Positions 8,150 to 18,302 of a DNA stretch of 64,000 bases are shown in pieces; within the stretch, counting starts at the first letter, position 1; each line of letters starts with the position of its first letter. A program made the translations under genes and the position numbers. The notes under the pieces were generated by a model. That model saw nothing but the letters and a program-made list of their open reading frames with translations, ran no database searches and was not told the origin of the DNA. This DNA comes from a virus (taxonomy: Duplodnaviria; Caudoviricetes): positions 452 through 64,451 of the IMG/VR virus record IMGVR_UViG_3300020049_011574, one strand, 5' to 3'.

Positions 8150-8335
8150 ATGAGCGAAGAACAACAAGATCAATACTTCAACGACCACGAAAACAGAGAA
8201 ACAATCATGCAAAACCCAGAATATTTTGCAGGACGAGTAGGACTAGGAGTACCAGAAATGATCACAAGCGAATGGTTAGATCTAGTGGTAGAACTCAACA
8301 TAGCAATGAACAAGGAGGCAACAAATGGACAATAA
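8150..8335 (+). CDS. Hypothetical protein
   Basis: 61 aa after GAAAGG RBS. Confidence 0.65.
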   Translation: MSEEQQDQYFNDHENRETIMQNPEYFAGRVGLGVPEMITSEWLDLVVELNIAMNKEATNGQ

Positions 8336-8612
8336 CCTGCCCCATGGAGGAGTTAGATTCTTCGAACCAGAAGACGATAACTTCGACGATGATGCCTACG
8401 AAGAATGGAGAAAAGAACAATTTGCTGAATCATGGGATGATATATGTTCCAACATTGGCATAGAATTAGACGATGTGAGCATCCTAATTGGCGATGAAGC
8501 ATTAAGAGAAATGATTATAGAAGAACACGACAGACAATTTCCTGGAAGTAAACGAGTATTTACAGAAGAAGAATATGAAGAAGAGATGAGAGACAGAAAT
8601 GAGAACTACTAA
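8325..8612 (+). CDS. Hypothetical highly acidic protein
   Basis: 95 aa, D/E-rich. Confidence 0.7.
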   Translation: MDNNLPHGGVRFFEPEDDNFDDDAYEEWRKEQFAESWDDICSNIGIELDDVSILIGDEALREMIIEEHDRQFPGSKRVFTEEEYEEEMRDRNENY

Positions 8613-9147
8613 CGAACCAGACAAAATACGAACAATAATCTTTGGAAGCATAGCCGGAGGCGTTGGAGCAACAACCTCAGCAATCTGTTACGCCTTAGCA
8701 GTAGGCAAAAAACAACCCGACACCAAAGTATTAGTTATAACATCAATGCCACAAGTCGAATACTTACTACAACTCGAAGCCGAATCAGCAACAACCTCAA
8801 GAGGAAGCATCTACTCAAGGTACGCTATAGGGAACGTAGTATTTTCCCCGTATAATCAACAATTCAGTGCGATAGATGCAGAAAACCCAGACTTAGTAAT
8901 TATTGACCGAGGTCTAATCTTAAAACATTTCAACAAAAGCCCTAATGATGAACTGGTTTATATCTGGCCAGAAGAACACAGCTTATTGCCGTCTATAGCT
9001 AAGTATAGAAATTTAGAAAATGGAAAGATATTCAAATTTCCAATCAAATTACTATTCACTATTCATAAGGATCTTAAAGATTACCCTATGCAAGTTTTAG
9101 ATGCCGCAGAGATACTTGGCGAATTACTTTACAGAGAGTTGGGCTAA
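8599..9147 (+). CDS. Degenerate ParA/MinD-fold protein (CpaE/Ssd-like)
   Basis: GSIAGGVGATTSAICYALA (deviant Walker A lacking both Lys), KVLVI, and DLVIIDRG (Walker B-like). Confidence 0.55.
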   Translation: MRTTNEPDKIRTIIFGSIAGGVGATTSAICYALAVGKKQPDTKVLVITSMPQVEYLLQLEAESATTSRGSIYSRYAIGNVVFSPYNQQFSAIDAENPDLVIIDRGLILKHFNKSPNDELVYIWPEEHSLLPSIAKYRNLENGKIFKFPIKLLFTIHKDLKDYPMQVLDAAEILGELLYRELG

Positions 9148-9284
9148 TGGATCTACCTGTAGATTACACCAAATTAACATGGCAAGAACGAGCAGCAGTC
9201 AGATCACAATATATCCGTGAACAAAAAGGCAACTGTTTCTATTGCAATGAAAGCAAACGTAGATTAAGAGGGGTAAAATGTTAA
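9147..9284 (+). pseudogene. Probable remnant of an HNH endonuclease N-terminus (45 aa)
   Basis: MDLPVDYTKLTWQERAAVRSQYIREQKGNCFYCNES; stops soon after the first CxxC. Confidence 0.5.
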
Positions 9285-10483
9285 CTCCAATGCCTCACCA
9301 AGTAGCAGCAACCAAAATTTGTATGTCTCAAAGGGCTACACTAGTGGCCTTTGAACCAGGTGTAGGTAAAAGCCAAGTCGCCATTAGTTGCCTTAACCCA
9401 ACTAAGAAGAATATCATCGTTTGCCCAGCAAGTCTAGTAGCAAACTGGAAAAAAGAATTAGAATTATGGAATTGCAAATTGTCAAATGTAGAAATCAAAT
9501 CTTATAATTCTATTAACTGGCTAGACGAATGCGATACCCTAATCCTAGACGAAGCTCACTTAGTGAAGAACCCACAAGCCAACAGAACAATCAATGTGAG
9601 CTATGTAGCAAAGCAAGCAAAGCGAATCATTGCTTTAACCGCGACACCAATTCTAAATAGATATCAAGAACTAATAGACATAATGAACTTAATGGACATT
9701 TCTAAACAAATCAGTTCCAACATTGATAACCTAACCAAAGCAAACCTACTCTTAAGAGTAAAACTACAAGACGTTATAGAACTACCAGAACCCAAATTCC
9801 AAGAATCACAAATAGAACTCTCCGACACTCAAGAAATCATCGACATCCAAGAAGAAATAAACAGCCTGTACGAAGAATGCGATAATGACTTTGACAAAAT
9901 GTGGGACAACTACTCTATGATTCTCGTCGGCCAACTATCAAAAATACGTCGCCACGTAGGAATATCAAAAATAGGCGAAGCAATCAAACAAGTCAACGAA
10001 CAACTACAAGAAGAACCAGATGAACCAATAATCATCTTTGGCCATCACAAGCTCGTCTTAGAAGCTTTAGCAGAAACATTCAACGCACCATTACTTTACG
10101 GCGGAACATCCTTAAAGAAGCGTAACGAGTACGTAGAAGAGTTCCAAGCAGGCAAACACAAAGTTATAGTATGCAGCATTCAAGCCGCTGGAGTTGGCCT
10201 CACTTTGACAAAAGCCCGCAAAGTATTTTTTGTAGAGATGCCATGGACTAACGCCGAATATGAACAAGCATACGGCAGAAGTTACCGAAAAGGACAAGCG
10301 CGGCAAGTTATCGTAACAAACCTAATATCTAGCCACCAGATAGATCAACGACACCTAGAAATTCTCGCAACGAAGAAGAAGCTATGTTCAGCCCTCGACG
10401 ATAAACGAGAAAATAATAGTGTTAAGAAGACGTTAGTTAAAGCGTTACTTAGTCCACAAACGGAGAACGATGCCACAGCCTAG
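9278..10483 (+). CDS. SNF2-family (SF2) DNA helicase
   Basis: FEPGVGKS Walker A, LILDEAH, LTATP, GVGLTL and QAYGRSYRKGQ motifs. Confidence 0.92.
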   Translation: MLTPMPHQVAATKICMSQRATLVAFEPGVGKSQVAISCLNPTKKNIIVCPASLVANWKKELELWNCKLSNVEIKSYNSINWLDECDTLILDEAHLVKNPQANRTINVSYVAKQAKRIIALTATPILNRYQELIDIMNLMDISKQISSNIDNLTKANLLLRVKLQDVIELPEPKFQESQIELSDTQEIIDIQEEINSLYEECDNDFDKMWDNYSMILVGQLSKIRRHVGISKIGEAIKQVNEQLQEEPDEPIIIFGHHKLVLEALAETFNAPLLYGGTSLKKRNEYVEEFQAGKHKVIVCSIQAAGVGLTLTKARKVFFVEMPWTNAEYEQAYGRSYRKGQARQVIVTNLISSHQIDQRHLEILATKKKLCSALDDKRENNSVKKTLVKALLSPQTENDATA

Positions 10484-10952
10484 AGACCAACGAACTAAAC
10501 ACCCACTATATTTTCGTCATTTTGCCATGAAAAATAGATGTTATAATAAGAAAAACCCAAAATATGAGACTTGGGGTGGCCGCGGTATTACCGTTTGTGA
10601 ACGCTGGTTAGGAGTAGACGGTTTTTGGAATTTTGTAGAGGATATGGGGATTCCACCCACTAAACACCACAGTTTGGATCGTATTGATAATGATAAAGGG
10701 TATAGCCCTTTAAATTGTCGCTGGGCAACACCTAAAGAACAATCAAACAATCGAAGACCACATAAAAACCCTACAGGTATAACTGGAGTAAGTTTATTAA
10801 GAGGTTCTTATGTCGTGCATACCGCATGCTTTGGCAAATCAAAACATGTTGGTAGTTATAAATCACTTAAAGAAGCCAGCTATATAAGTTTTATTGTGAG
10901 ACAAATTAAATCTCAAAAATATTTGACTAATTGTCTGGATCAAAAGGATTAA
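10470..10952 (+). CDS. HNH homing endonuclease
   Basis: HPLY...MKNRC...GGRGITVCERW...[27 protein letters not shown]. Confidence 0.9.
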   Translation: MPQPRDQRTKHPLYFRHFAMKNRCYNKKNPKYETWGGRGITVCERWLGVDGFWNFVEDMGIPPTKHHSLDRIDNDKGYSPLNCRWATPKEQSNNRRPHKNPTGITGVSLLRGSYVVHTACFGKSKHVGSYKSLKEASYISFIVRQIKSQKYLTNCLDQKD

Positions 10953-11112
10953 AAGAACCGTCAGCCATTTTCTCTTCACGAGTTTGCTCTTTAGCTTGAG
11001 CTTCCTTACCTCGTTTTTCAGCTTCTTTAACAACTTCTTTATCAGCTTTAGTTTCCTCATCGTCCTTAGTAACAAGGTCTTTAAGTTTTTCAGTTATCTT
11101 TTTTTTGCCCAT
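10927..11112 (-). CDS. Small charged hypothetical protein
   Basis: 61 aa. Candidate promoter TTGTAT-17-TAGGAT upstream on the minus strand (~11145-11168). Confidence 0.6.
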   Translation of the reverse strand: MGKKKITEKLKDLVTKDDEETKADKEVVKEAEKRGKEAQAKEQTREEKMADGSFNPFDPDN

Positions 11113-11542
11113 ATGACTTCCCTAAATCTTTTTTTATTATCCTATACCAATCGGTGTTGTGATACAAGTATTGCGAAAGCTTATTCGGAGCGATACCCAA
11201 CAGTGGAGTAATGAATTTATGTGGGACTTTGGCTTCATAGCATTGCCTTAGATGGAAACTACGAATCTTAAAGGCATATTTTAGCCGGAGTTTCAGCCCT
11301 TGAACTCTTTCCGAAAGTTCTTTTTCTTTACCAGAAACTAATTTATGTGTCAATAAAGGTGATTTGAGTGTTACTCGGTGGAACAAACTCGAATCTTTTT
11401 TCAGCTCATCTAATTGTCTCTTGGCTAAATTATATTCTTCGGTTAATGCAGCTAGTGGAGCTACAAACGAACGCAATTCTTCATATACTTCTAGCTGGAA
11501 AGGGCTAAGATCAGCAAGGGAATCGTATCGTTTTCTAGTCAT
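11090..11542 (-). CDS. Hypothetical protein
   Basis: 150-aa ORF directly after the exonuclease gene. Confidence 0.65.
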   Translation of the reverse strand: MTRKRYDSLADLSPFQLEVYEELRSFVAPLAALTEEYNLAKRQLDELKKDSSLFHRVTLKSPLLTHKLVSGKEKELSERVQGLKLRLKYAFKIRSFHLRQCYEAKVPHKFITPLLGIAPNKLSQYLYHNTDWYRIIKKDLGKSYGQKKDN

Positions 11543-12268
11543 CTAATCCCATTCTTCAGGCATATCCGCCATAGCTGTTAGTAAAGCATCTTCTTCTACA
11601 GCAGTACATCTGGCTTGGTGATCACAAAAGAAACAATTCTTATTCGGAGTAGCAACCTGATCATCACCTTTAGTGGTGCGAATCTTCTCATCATTCAAAA
11701 TCAACTGGCCTGTCAGTATCAGTTCATCATGCACCTTTTTACCAATAAGAGAACTGGCTTCCTGGAAATAGGCTTTATCATATTCAGGATAATAGATGCA
11801 AACATCATCAACCCCACCATGTAAATAAGCATAAAGTTGCACTTGTTTCCAATTTTCATCACTTGGAGAATCAGGGGAACTAGCTTTAGTTTTCCAATCA
11901 GCCAAAATACAACGAGGATATGTTGTATCTGGATCTATCTCAATAATTTCAGTAAAAATAATATCAGCAAAACCACGTATCTGAACACCATTAATAATCT
12001 TAGAACGCAACTCTGTCTCAACAAAAATATCAACCGCGTCATGCTTGTTATGCACGAAATTGTAAGCATTTTGTGCGGGTGTAGACCGAGGAGCTTTGTC
12101 CCCACCAAGAAACGCATCCTCGATCTGTTTATGCACCCTTGAGCCCCAATAGGTGTACCAAGAAAATAACCTCTTTAATTGATCAACCTTTTGATAGCTC
12201 CAATTTCTCCGGCAAGTATTGAATGTATTTGCCTGAGAAAAAGATATTAAGAATGGTTCTTTATCCAT
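11543..12268 (-). CDS. PD-(D/E)XK exonuclease (RecB/Cas4-like)
   Basis: [23 protein letters not shown]...[14 protein letters not shown] and C-terminal [10 protein letters not shown] Fe-S motif. Confidence 0.88.
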   Translation of the reverse strand: MDKEPFLISFSQANTFNTCRRNWSYQKVDQLKRLFSWYTYWGSRVHKQIEDAFLGGDKAPRSTPAQNAYNFVHNKHDAVDIFVETELRSKIINGVQIRGFADIIFTEIIEIDPDTTYPRCILADWKTKASSPDSPSDENWKQVQLYAYLHGGVDDVCIYYPEYDKAYFQEASSLIGKKVHDELILTGQLILNDEKIRTTKGDDQVATPNKNCFFCDHQARCTAVEEDALLTAMADMPEEWD

Positions 12269-12728
12269 TGATTTTATTTTTCATTTCATAATAAACTTTA
12301 CTGGCTTCTTCGGCTGTAGCGAATGATCCCAAATGAGTCTTTTTACCATCAATTGAAATTCTAGCTCTAAATTTGTCTGAAAACTTTTCAACTCCAGGAA
12401 ATCCAGATTTAGATGGTTTAGGTCTGCGGTTATGCGATTGTTGAGTAGGTGTCGCCCAACGACAATTTAACGGTTCATAATTGCCATCATTATCTTTACG
12501 ATCCAAGGTCATACCTTCAGGACGTTCGCCCATGTCAGTAACAAAATTATTAAAACCTTCTTTGCCTAACCAGCGATCACAAATCTTAATTCCTCGACCA
12601 CCATAATCCTTATAATTTTTAGTACGAGGATTTAAGCACCTATCGTAAATTAAATAATAAGTATTGTATAGAGGATGGTCGCTGATTTTAAAACGTCTCA
12701 TCGTCGTCATCGTCTTCGAATGGAGCAT
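12261..12728 (-). CDS. HNH homing endonuclease with AP2 domain
   Basis: [12 protein letters not shown]...[20 protein letters not shown]; [24 protein letters not shown]. Confidence 0.92.
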   Translation of the reverse strand: MLHSKTMTTMRRFKISDHPLYNTYYLIYDRCLNPRTKNYKDYGGRGIKICDRWLGKEGFNNFVTDMGERPEGMTLDRKDNDGNYEPLNCRWATPTQQSHNRRPKPSKSGFPGVEKFSDKFRARISIDGKKTHLGSFATAEEASKVYYEMKNKING

Positions 12729-13140
12729 CTGAATAAGCGCTCACATCACCAATAGAGTCAATCTGTTGCTGAGTAACAGGAGCTTTAACATTATCACCAT
12801 CATACTTAGGCAATACTTCCACCTCACACCACTTAAATTGCAAATTGCTAACAGTTTCACCAGTCTTCTTGCTTACATAAGAATTAACTTCTGGACGGCC
12901 AGTAACACGAATCTTTTGATCCACAAATTTCTTATCAGCATCAGGATCATCCCAAACAGTGAATCCAATAAATTCACGTTTAGCATTTCCATCCTCACCC
13001 TTTCCGGCATAGACCGAAACGCTAGCTGAATAATAATATTTACCCGATGTTGTCTTACCGAAACGAGCATATTTTGTTTGCGCCCAACCTTCAGCAATCA
13101 TTACTAATGCAGGTGGTACTACTTTTTTTTCTTCAGCCAT
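12688..13140 (-). CDS. ssb: Single-stranded DNA-binding protein
   Basis: OB-fold pattern ([25 protein letters not shown]); acidic tail [12 protein letters not shown]. Confidence 0.8.
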   Translation of the reverse strand: MAEEKKVVPPALVMIAEGWAQTKYARFGKTTSGKYYYSASVSVYAGKGEDGNAKREFIGFTVWDDPDADKKFVDQKIRVTGRPEVNSYVSKKTGETVSNLQFKWCEVEVLPKYDGDNVKAPVTQQQIDSIGDVSAYSDAPFEDDDDDETF

Positions 13141-13934
13141 TATAAGGTTTCACTTTCTTCTGTTGCCACAACCGGAGCTATAGCTTCTTCTTTTTCTTTT
13201 CTAATACGTTCAACAAATTGAGATAACCTCAACATGATAACTTCTGAATCTTCATCAGTAATATTAGTACCTGACCAAGTTTTAGTATTCGGATCAAATT
13301 TACCACGAGTCAAGCCCAGTTTGGTTTTAATTTTACCCCAAAATTCAGAAGCTTCTTCTTTAGTGAGTTTAGCTTGGCTTGGAGCAAGACAGAGTTTAGT
13401 CATCTGAGCATCTGAAATTAACACAGCATCTTTAGCAACTTCTTTCAAAGGCTTTTCTTTCTTCTGCTCTTTAATTTCTTCCTCTTCAAATGTAGCCTGG
13501 CGACCATCATCATCTTCAATGTCACTAGTTTTAAGTTCAAGCATAGTTACATACGAGTAACGACGAAAGTAAGTGATAGCACTACCACCAGCTTGTGGAT
13601 CTTGTTTAGCCAAAGTCAGCACAGTAAGCGAAACTATTTCCTCGCTAGTAGCACCATGCCTCAAAACCGTTTTCAAAGCAGGCTTGTCAAGAATGGCATC
13701 CAAAGTTTGAATTACAGCAAGGCCATGCTTTTTCAATATAGGCCTAGTCTTTTCCAAGATAGTTCTTAAATCAACGAAACTATAGTTAGTAGTTCCAAAG
13801 CTCACTTCGTTATTCTTATAGAACACAGGGAAATCGTCTTTAGCGGCTTCCAATGCGTCATAAATGTTAGCATGTGAAATCGGTTTTACTTCTGCTGCTT
13901 TTTTCTCTGTTTTAGTTTTAGTTGTTGTTGCCAT
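13140..13934 (-). CDS. erf: ERF-family single-strand annealing protein
   Basis: YSFVDL..IL...KPILKKHGLAVIQ and DPQAGGSAITYFRRYSY...DDDG motifs. Confidence 0.9.
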   Translation of the reverse strand: MATTTKTKTEKKAAEVKPISHANIYDALEAAKDDFPVFYKNNEVSFGTTNYSFVDLRTILEKTRPILKKHGLAVIQTLDAILDKPALKTVLRHGATSEEIVSLTVLTLAKQDPQAGGSAITYFRRYSYVTMLELKTSDIEDDDGRQATFEEEEIKEQKKEKPLKEVAKDAVLISDAQMTKLCLAPSQAKLTKEEASEFWGKIKTKLGLTRGKFDPNTKTWSGTNITDEDSEVIMLRLSQFVERIRKEKEEAIAPVVATEESETL

Positions 13935-14299
13935 TATATTCCTTCATTCACAAAATTATTTGCCACTACCGCTTTAGTCAAACTACCTATAGATTGATAA
14001 GCGCTCAAAACATCTCTCAATGCTCTAAGTCTTTCTCTCTGGACATCTACGGATATTTGAGCGGCATTATATTCTTTAAACTCCACTTCTAAACTAAGCG
14101 TCACTTTAGCTTCCCTAGCAGCAGCAGTCTTATATTTATCTTTTTGCTCTTCAACTTCAGTAATTACTCTTGCTTTAGCATATTTATAGGCTGCTTCGGC
14201 CTTAACAAGAGCAGAGCTACGTTTGCCATATTCGGCAATAGCTTCTTCGACCTTGTTGATAGCTTGTTGTATATTATCGGCTGGACTCGTCATCAGCAA
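13934..14299 (-). CDS. Coiled-coil protein, possibly a recombination mediator
   Basis: 121 aa, helical; KTAAAREA motif; next to erf. Confidence 0.55.
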   Translation of the reverse strand: MLMTSPADNIQQAINKVEEAIAEYGKRSSALVKAEAAYKYAKARVITEVEEQKDKYKTAAAREAKVTLSLEVEFKEYNAAQISVDVQRERLRALRDVLSAYQSIGSLTKAVVANNFVNEGI

Positions 14300-14453
14300 T
14301 AGCCTTTCTAACTAATTTACGAACTAAAGAACTAGCAGTCTCATCTTTCTTCAAAGCAAAATGTTGCAAATCTTTCTTTAGACTTTTACTTAGATGCAAT
14401 AAGAAAGTTGTTCTTTCCCCTGCATCAATATCTTCATCTTCTAATTCATACAT
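14274..14453 (-). CDS. Ribbon-helix-helix DNA-binding protein
   Basis: TTFLLHLSKSLKKDLQHFALKKDETASSLVRKLV; ATG at 14453 via TAATG overlap. Confidence 0.65.
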   Translation of the reverse strand: MYELEDEDIDAGERTTFLLHLSKSLKKDLQHFALKKDETASSLVRKLVRKAIADDESSR

Positions 14454-15328
14454 TATATCTTTCCTTTTATATCTTGTAATTTGTTGATCCAATTCAAAGC
14501 AATTAAAGCAATGTCTTGATCTTCCTCTAAAGGTATTCCATCACGGAACTTCAAAACAGGGATTAGTTCTTTAAGTTCAAGCAAGTATTTCTCATCATCT
14601 ACTAACTGACTCGGAACTAAAGTAGTGCCATTTAGGAGAATAACGTCAATTTCTGCGTTTTTTTCGTCTAATTCAGCCTTAAGAGCTTCATTTTCTGCCG
14701 CTAACTGTTGAGCTTGTTGTTCTTCAGCAGCTTGCATAATTGCCTCTTCTTCCTCAGCAGCAATAGCATCCTCATATTTTTTCTTATATCCAGCAAGAGT
14801 TATCTCGAACATGTCATCAGACATATCTCGAATGCCGGGAATACCATCTTCAACTTCCCAGTATTCAGCGATAAGATTATGACGTTCTTCTGATCTTTTA
14901 TCTAGACGCTCTTGCTCTTTATAGAAAGCATACTTTTCTTTCTTCTCAAGTCGCTTCTCAATAGCTGAAGTTTTTTCTACAATGAAGTTAAAGCATTTAT
15001 CTATAACTTTACCGCGAGCATTAACTTCGGCTTTAATATTTTCCTTGATTTTCTTAGTTGCAACTCGAGAATTTTTAATCTCGGTGCGTAAAGCTTTGGC
15101 TAATGCCATCTTGTCTTTATCGTCTTCTGAATCAACTTCAATTTCAGAGTCTTGTTTTTCCCAGTCTTCTAGTTGTAATGCAACTTCGTTAAAGACACGG
15201 GCAATTTTTAAAGCTTCTGATTTTTCTAAATCTATTGGCTCTACTATTGCAACAAGGTCAGTTGAAAGTGGTGTTTCCTCTTCCTCGATTACTTCTGCTT
15301 CTACTATTTCTGTTTGTGTTTCACTCAT
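14453..15328 (-). CDS. Coiled-coil protein (DUF1351/Gam-like) of the recombination module
   Basis: Long helical acidic ORF heading the ERF operon. Confidence 0.55.
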   Translation of the reverse strand: MSETQTEIVEAEVIEEEETPLSTDLVAIVEPIDLEKSEALKIARVFNEVALQLEDWEKQDSEIEVDSEDDKDKMALAKALRTEIKNSRVATKKIKENIKAEVNARGKVIDKCFNFIVEKTSAIEKRLEKKEKYAFYKEQERLDKRSEERHNLIAEYWEVEDGIPGIRDMSDDMFEITLAGYKKKYEDAIAAEEEEAIMQAAEEQQAQQLAAENEALKAELDEKNAEIDVILLNGTTLVPSQLVDDEKYLLELKELIPVLKFRDGIPLEEDQDIALIALNWINKLQDIKGKI

Positions 15329-15593
15329 ATTTAAAACAATAACATAATATCTTTAGGATTACAAGCTATTACCACTTTTAGTGAAAAAAGATAAGAATCT
15401 AACACCCAAAAGCCCCCGAACCAGGACAAATAGAACCACAAACAATTGACTCAAACAAAAAAAGTTGTTAGGTTTTTACTCACGTTATTGAAGCGCCTTG
15501 TAAAGCGCACAGACCCCAGTAACTTCATTTAATTAAAATGAGGTGGAACGGTCTGAGAAACTAATTCCACCTCCAACATTTCCTGGAGGAAAA

Positions 15594-16244
15594 ATGTCTA
15601 AGCATATTAAAGCAGCTATGCCCAACCAAAGCAACACATGGGAAAGAGTTTCTAAAAAATACCAAAAAGAAGCCTTTCTGTTTTTCTTAGCATCAACAAT
15701 TCTAATTGTTCTAGCATTTTTTATTGGAACAGCATACGCAGACACACCCAAGCCAGCTATTCGGAAATTCCGAACAACTGAAATATATGGGCCACCAGCA
15801 CCACAATTAAGTATCTATCAAGAAAAAGAAATACGTAGATTCTATTCAACATCCACAACCACAACAACGACCACCGCTCCAAAGCCAGTAGAGATACAAG
15901 CTCCGAGTTCAGTGGCCGCTAATACAATACCCTCAAAGGTGACAGAACCTGTCGTAGCACAGCAAACTTACAGCCATGCGGACTTAATGAGCCAAGCTGG
16001 AATCCCAGAATTAGAATGGGGATATGTTGAATGGCTTGTGGATAAAGAGTCAGGATGGAACCCTAACGCTCGTAATGGCTCAAGTGGGGCTTGTGGTTTA
16101 GGACAACAATTACCTTGTGGTAAATGGGTACATGCTTGGAACGACCCTATTGGTGGATTGATAGATATGAACAGTTATGTAATTGGCAGATACGGCTCTT
16201 GGGCTCATGCAGTTGCTCACAGTAAATCGCATGGATGGTACTAG
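15594..16244 (+). CDS. Membrane-anchored transglycosylase (SLT / aggregation-promoting-factor C-domain-like)
   Basis: TM helix and Thr-rich linker; KESGWNPNARNGSSGACGLGQ; ends HGWY. GGAGG RBS before the ATG at 15594. Confidence 0.85.
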   Translation: MSKHIKAAMPNQSNTWERVSKKYQKEAFLFFLASTILIVLAFFIGTAYADTPKPAIRKFRTTEIYGPPAPQLSIYQEKEIRRFYSTSTTTTTTTAPKPVEIQAPSSVAANTIPSKVTEPVVAQQTYSHADLMSQAGIPELEWGYVEWLVDKESGWNPNARNGSSGACGLGQQLPCGKWVHAWNDPIGGLIDMNSYVIGRYGSWAHAVAHSKSHGWY

Positions 16245-16253
16245 ACTAATTCC

Positions 16254-16796
16254 ATGCCCAAATCAGATGGATATTTTAAACCTGGAATTTTACACCCAAA
16301 TTGGAAAGGTGGTGCAAAATTTACAAATTGCACTGACTGTAATTGTAAATTGATAGGTCGCAATTCAATACGTTGTAAGTCATGCGAAGGTAAGAATAGA
16401 ATTGGCAAAGGTGTAGGACCGACTTATCCTAAATGTTTAGATTGTAAAGTTGATCTCAAAGACCATCGGTCTAAGCGTTGTAGAAAATGTGCAAATACTG
16501 GCGCTCTAGCTCCAAATTGGAAAGGTGGTGTCACAAGTGAAAACAAACGTATTCGTCGGAGTAAGGAATTTCGCGTATGGAGAGAAAGTGTTTTTGAGCG
16601 AGATAATTATACGTGCCAGCATTGCGGTAAGCGTGGCGGTATTTTACATCCAGATCATATTAAACCATTTGCACTATTCCCAGAATTAAGGTTTGATATT
16701 GATAATGGGCAAACACTTTGCAAAGATTGTCATTTAAAAACACCTACGTATGGTGGTAAAATTTTAAAACTCACTAGGGCGGACTTCAAATGCTAA
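16254..16796 (+). CDS. HNH endonuclease with Zn-ribbon/NUMOD3-like repeats
   Basis: PNWKGG repeats; [11 protein letters not shown]...HPDHIKPF...[10 protein letters not shown]. Confidence 0.92.
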   Translation: MPKSDGYFKPGILHPNWKGGAKFTNCTDCNCKLIGRNSIRCKSCEGKNRIGKGVGPTYPKCLDCKVDLKDHRSKRCRKCANTGALAPNWKGGVTSENKRIRRSKEFRVWRESVFERDNYTCQHCGKRGGILHPDHIKPFALFPELRFDIDNGQTLCKDCHLKTPTYGGKILKLTRADFKC

Positions 16797-16829
16797 CGCG
16801 AAATGGGAATCCCGTAGTCCTCACTGGTA

Positions 16830-16913
16830 TTAAAGTATTGGAGTTAATAGCCAAAGGAAAAATGCTGCAACGAGAACCGCTCCAACTATCGTCCAAAAAG
16901 GTGTTCTATTCAT
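16830..16913 (-). CDS. Tiny single-helix membrane peptide (27 aa)
   Basis: MNRTPFWTIVGAVLVAAFFLWLLTPIL; downstream of and co-directional with the membrane cassette. Confidence 0.45.
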   Translation of the reverse strand: MNRTPFWTIVGAVLVAAFFLWLLTPIL

Positions 16914-16950
16914 AAGAACCAAGCTAGTACTTTAAAACAAAAAGTCAAGC

Positions 16951-17514
16951 CTATTCAGCCGCTGGCTCAACAAAATATTCGAATTGCTCCGAATCATAAT
17001 CCTTAACAATCTCACGGAACTGATTTACCTTATAGGTAACTTTCAGACGGATCTTATATTTACCATCTTGTATCGGGAAAGATTTATCTTCCACAAGGAA
17101 ATTAGGATTACTCTCTGGATTCAAAGGAAGTCTAGCTCGCTCCAACTGGATCACAAAAGGACTCTGCTTGGTGCAACCCTTAGACTGAGGAACATCAAAC
17201 AAAGTAAAAATAGGAGTAGTAGTTCCATTCTCGGTAACTAACTGAACCCTCACATCTATTTTTGTTGTTTCATAAGCACAAGTAGTAAGCAACAGAGTGG
17301 CAGGCTCACCTTTATTGATTGTTCTGTCCGCTATAGCGATAGGAATATGCACTGTCGGAATTTTATAAGGACGCAAAAATTGCCACCCTACGTAAACAAC
17401 TAGAATCAAAGCAATAGTAAGAAATACTGTCATAAGCTTGTTAACTAGATTGAATGCCTTTTCTTTTCTAGTAGGAGTTTCGATAAATTCTTCTTCTATA
17501 AACTCTTCGCTCAT
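16951..17514 (-). CDS. Membrane-anchored hypothetical protein
   Basis: One TM helix, then a beta-rich domain with two Cys. Confidence 0.75.
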   Translation of the reverse strand: MSEEFIEEEFIETPTRKEKAFNLVNKLMTVFLTIALILVVYVGWQFLRPYKIPTVHIPIAIADRTINKGEPATLLLTTCAYETTKIDVRVQLVTENGTTTPIFTLFDVPQSKGCTKQSPFVIQLERARLPLNPESNPNFLVEDKSFPIQDGKYKIRLKVTYKVNQFREIVKDYDSEQFEYFVEPAAE

Positions 17515-17720
17515 TTTATGATCACCGCCATTAGTCCCACTATGACCGCTGTAAGCATGAGCCCTACTAGACCATAAACCAAATTGCGTACTGGCTCGAA
17601 TTGATCCCTGGTTATATGATCTTTTTCGAGTTTGTTGTTAATTGACTTTACTTCTTCTTCAATAAATCCAACTCCTTGTTGGAGTAAAGCTAGCTTAGTA
17701 TCTATCGATTCTTGCTCCAC
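17511..17720 (-). CDS. Small coiled-coil plus C-terminal TM protein (lysis-accessory-like)
   Basis: 69 aa; FEPVRNLVYGLVGLMLTAVIVGL. Confidence 0.7.
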   Translation of the reverse strand: MEQESIDTKLALLQQGVGFIEEEVKSINNKLEKDHITRDQFEPVRNLVYGLVGLMLTAVIVGLMAVIIK

Positions 17721-17810
17721 TACAAAGCTCCAATGGTCAGCATTTTATAAAGGAAAAAGTTCATGCTGGCAAGTTTATACTATTTCTCCCGAAAAATGTG
17801 GCTAACTAAT

Positions 17811-18107
17811 TTATCCGACGAGAGAAACAATACCCCATATGACCAAACTTATAAGAGCAATCACTGTTGAAATCCCTAAAAGTGTGACCAGGAGTCCGAT
17901 ATAACCCCAAATTAAATTCATTGTTTCAAATTTGGTTGTCTCTTTACGAAACTCTATAGGCATGAGCTTTTGACGATGTTGCAGCATCTGTTGGTTGAAC
18001 TCTTGATTGTCTAAGAAGATAGCAGCATTCATATTGTCTACCATCTGTTGAGCTGTCGGTGCTTCTCCGATTATTTCTTCGAACTGTTCTTCTTCTTCTT
18101 CATTCAT
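17811..18107 (-). CDS. Hypothetical protein with C-terminal TM helix
   Basis: 98 aa; hydrophobic C-terminus. Confidence 0.65.
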   Translation of the reverse strand: MNEEEEEQFEEIIGEAPTAQQMVDNMNAAIFLDNQEFNQQMLQHRQKLMPIEFRKETTKFETMNLIWGYIGLLVTLLGISTVIALISLVIWGIVSLVG

Positions 18108-18168
18108 AAATTTATATTATCATATCGTTTTGATATTTCAAAAACATTTTACTCCGAGTGACGCATCC

Positions 18169-18197
18169 TTGCTTAATTATATTTTTAGTTGTACATT
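18169..18197 (+). promoter_or_regulatory. Promoter of the replication operon
   Basis: TTGCTT-17 bp-TACATT, with TG immediately upstream of the -10 box. Confidence 0.6.
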
Positions 18198-18225
18198 CTC
18201 TTAGACCCGTCCCTCGATAGGTTGT

Positions 18226-18292
18226 CCTCTAGTGCTGGTATTGCTTTAAGCCGTACTGCCAGCACTATGAGGTTCTTGTACGGCTTTAGCAA
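18226..18292 (+). ncRNA. Structured 5' leader with two interlaced helices (switch or pseudoknot)
   Basis: Helix A pairs 18226-18240 with 18257-18272; helix B pairs 18241-18256 with 18278-18292. AGGAG at 18294 and ATG at 18303 follow. Confidence 0.7.
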
Positions 18293-18302
18293 AAGGAGAA
18301 AA

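Noticed and set aside
11543-12268. Cas4-like nuclease as part of a CRISPR system
   Set aside because: There is no array and no other cas gene; it sits in an ERF/SSB recombination operon.
16244-16819. Imperfect inverted repeat flanking the HNH (GACTAATTCCAT / ATGGGAATCCCGTAGTC)
   Set aside because: It is short and needs bulges, and the upstream gene ends naturally at HGWY, so an intron is unnecessary.
18189-18302. TTG-initiated N-terminal extension of the T5orf172 gene
   Set aside because: It has no RBS and overlaps the -10 box; ATG 18303 has AGGAG at good spacing.
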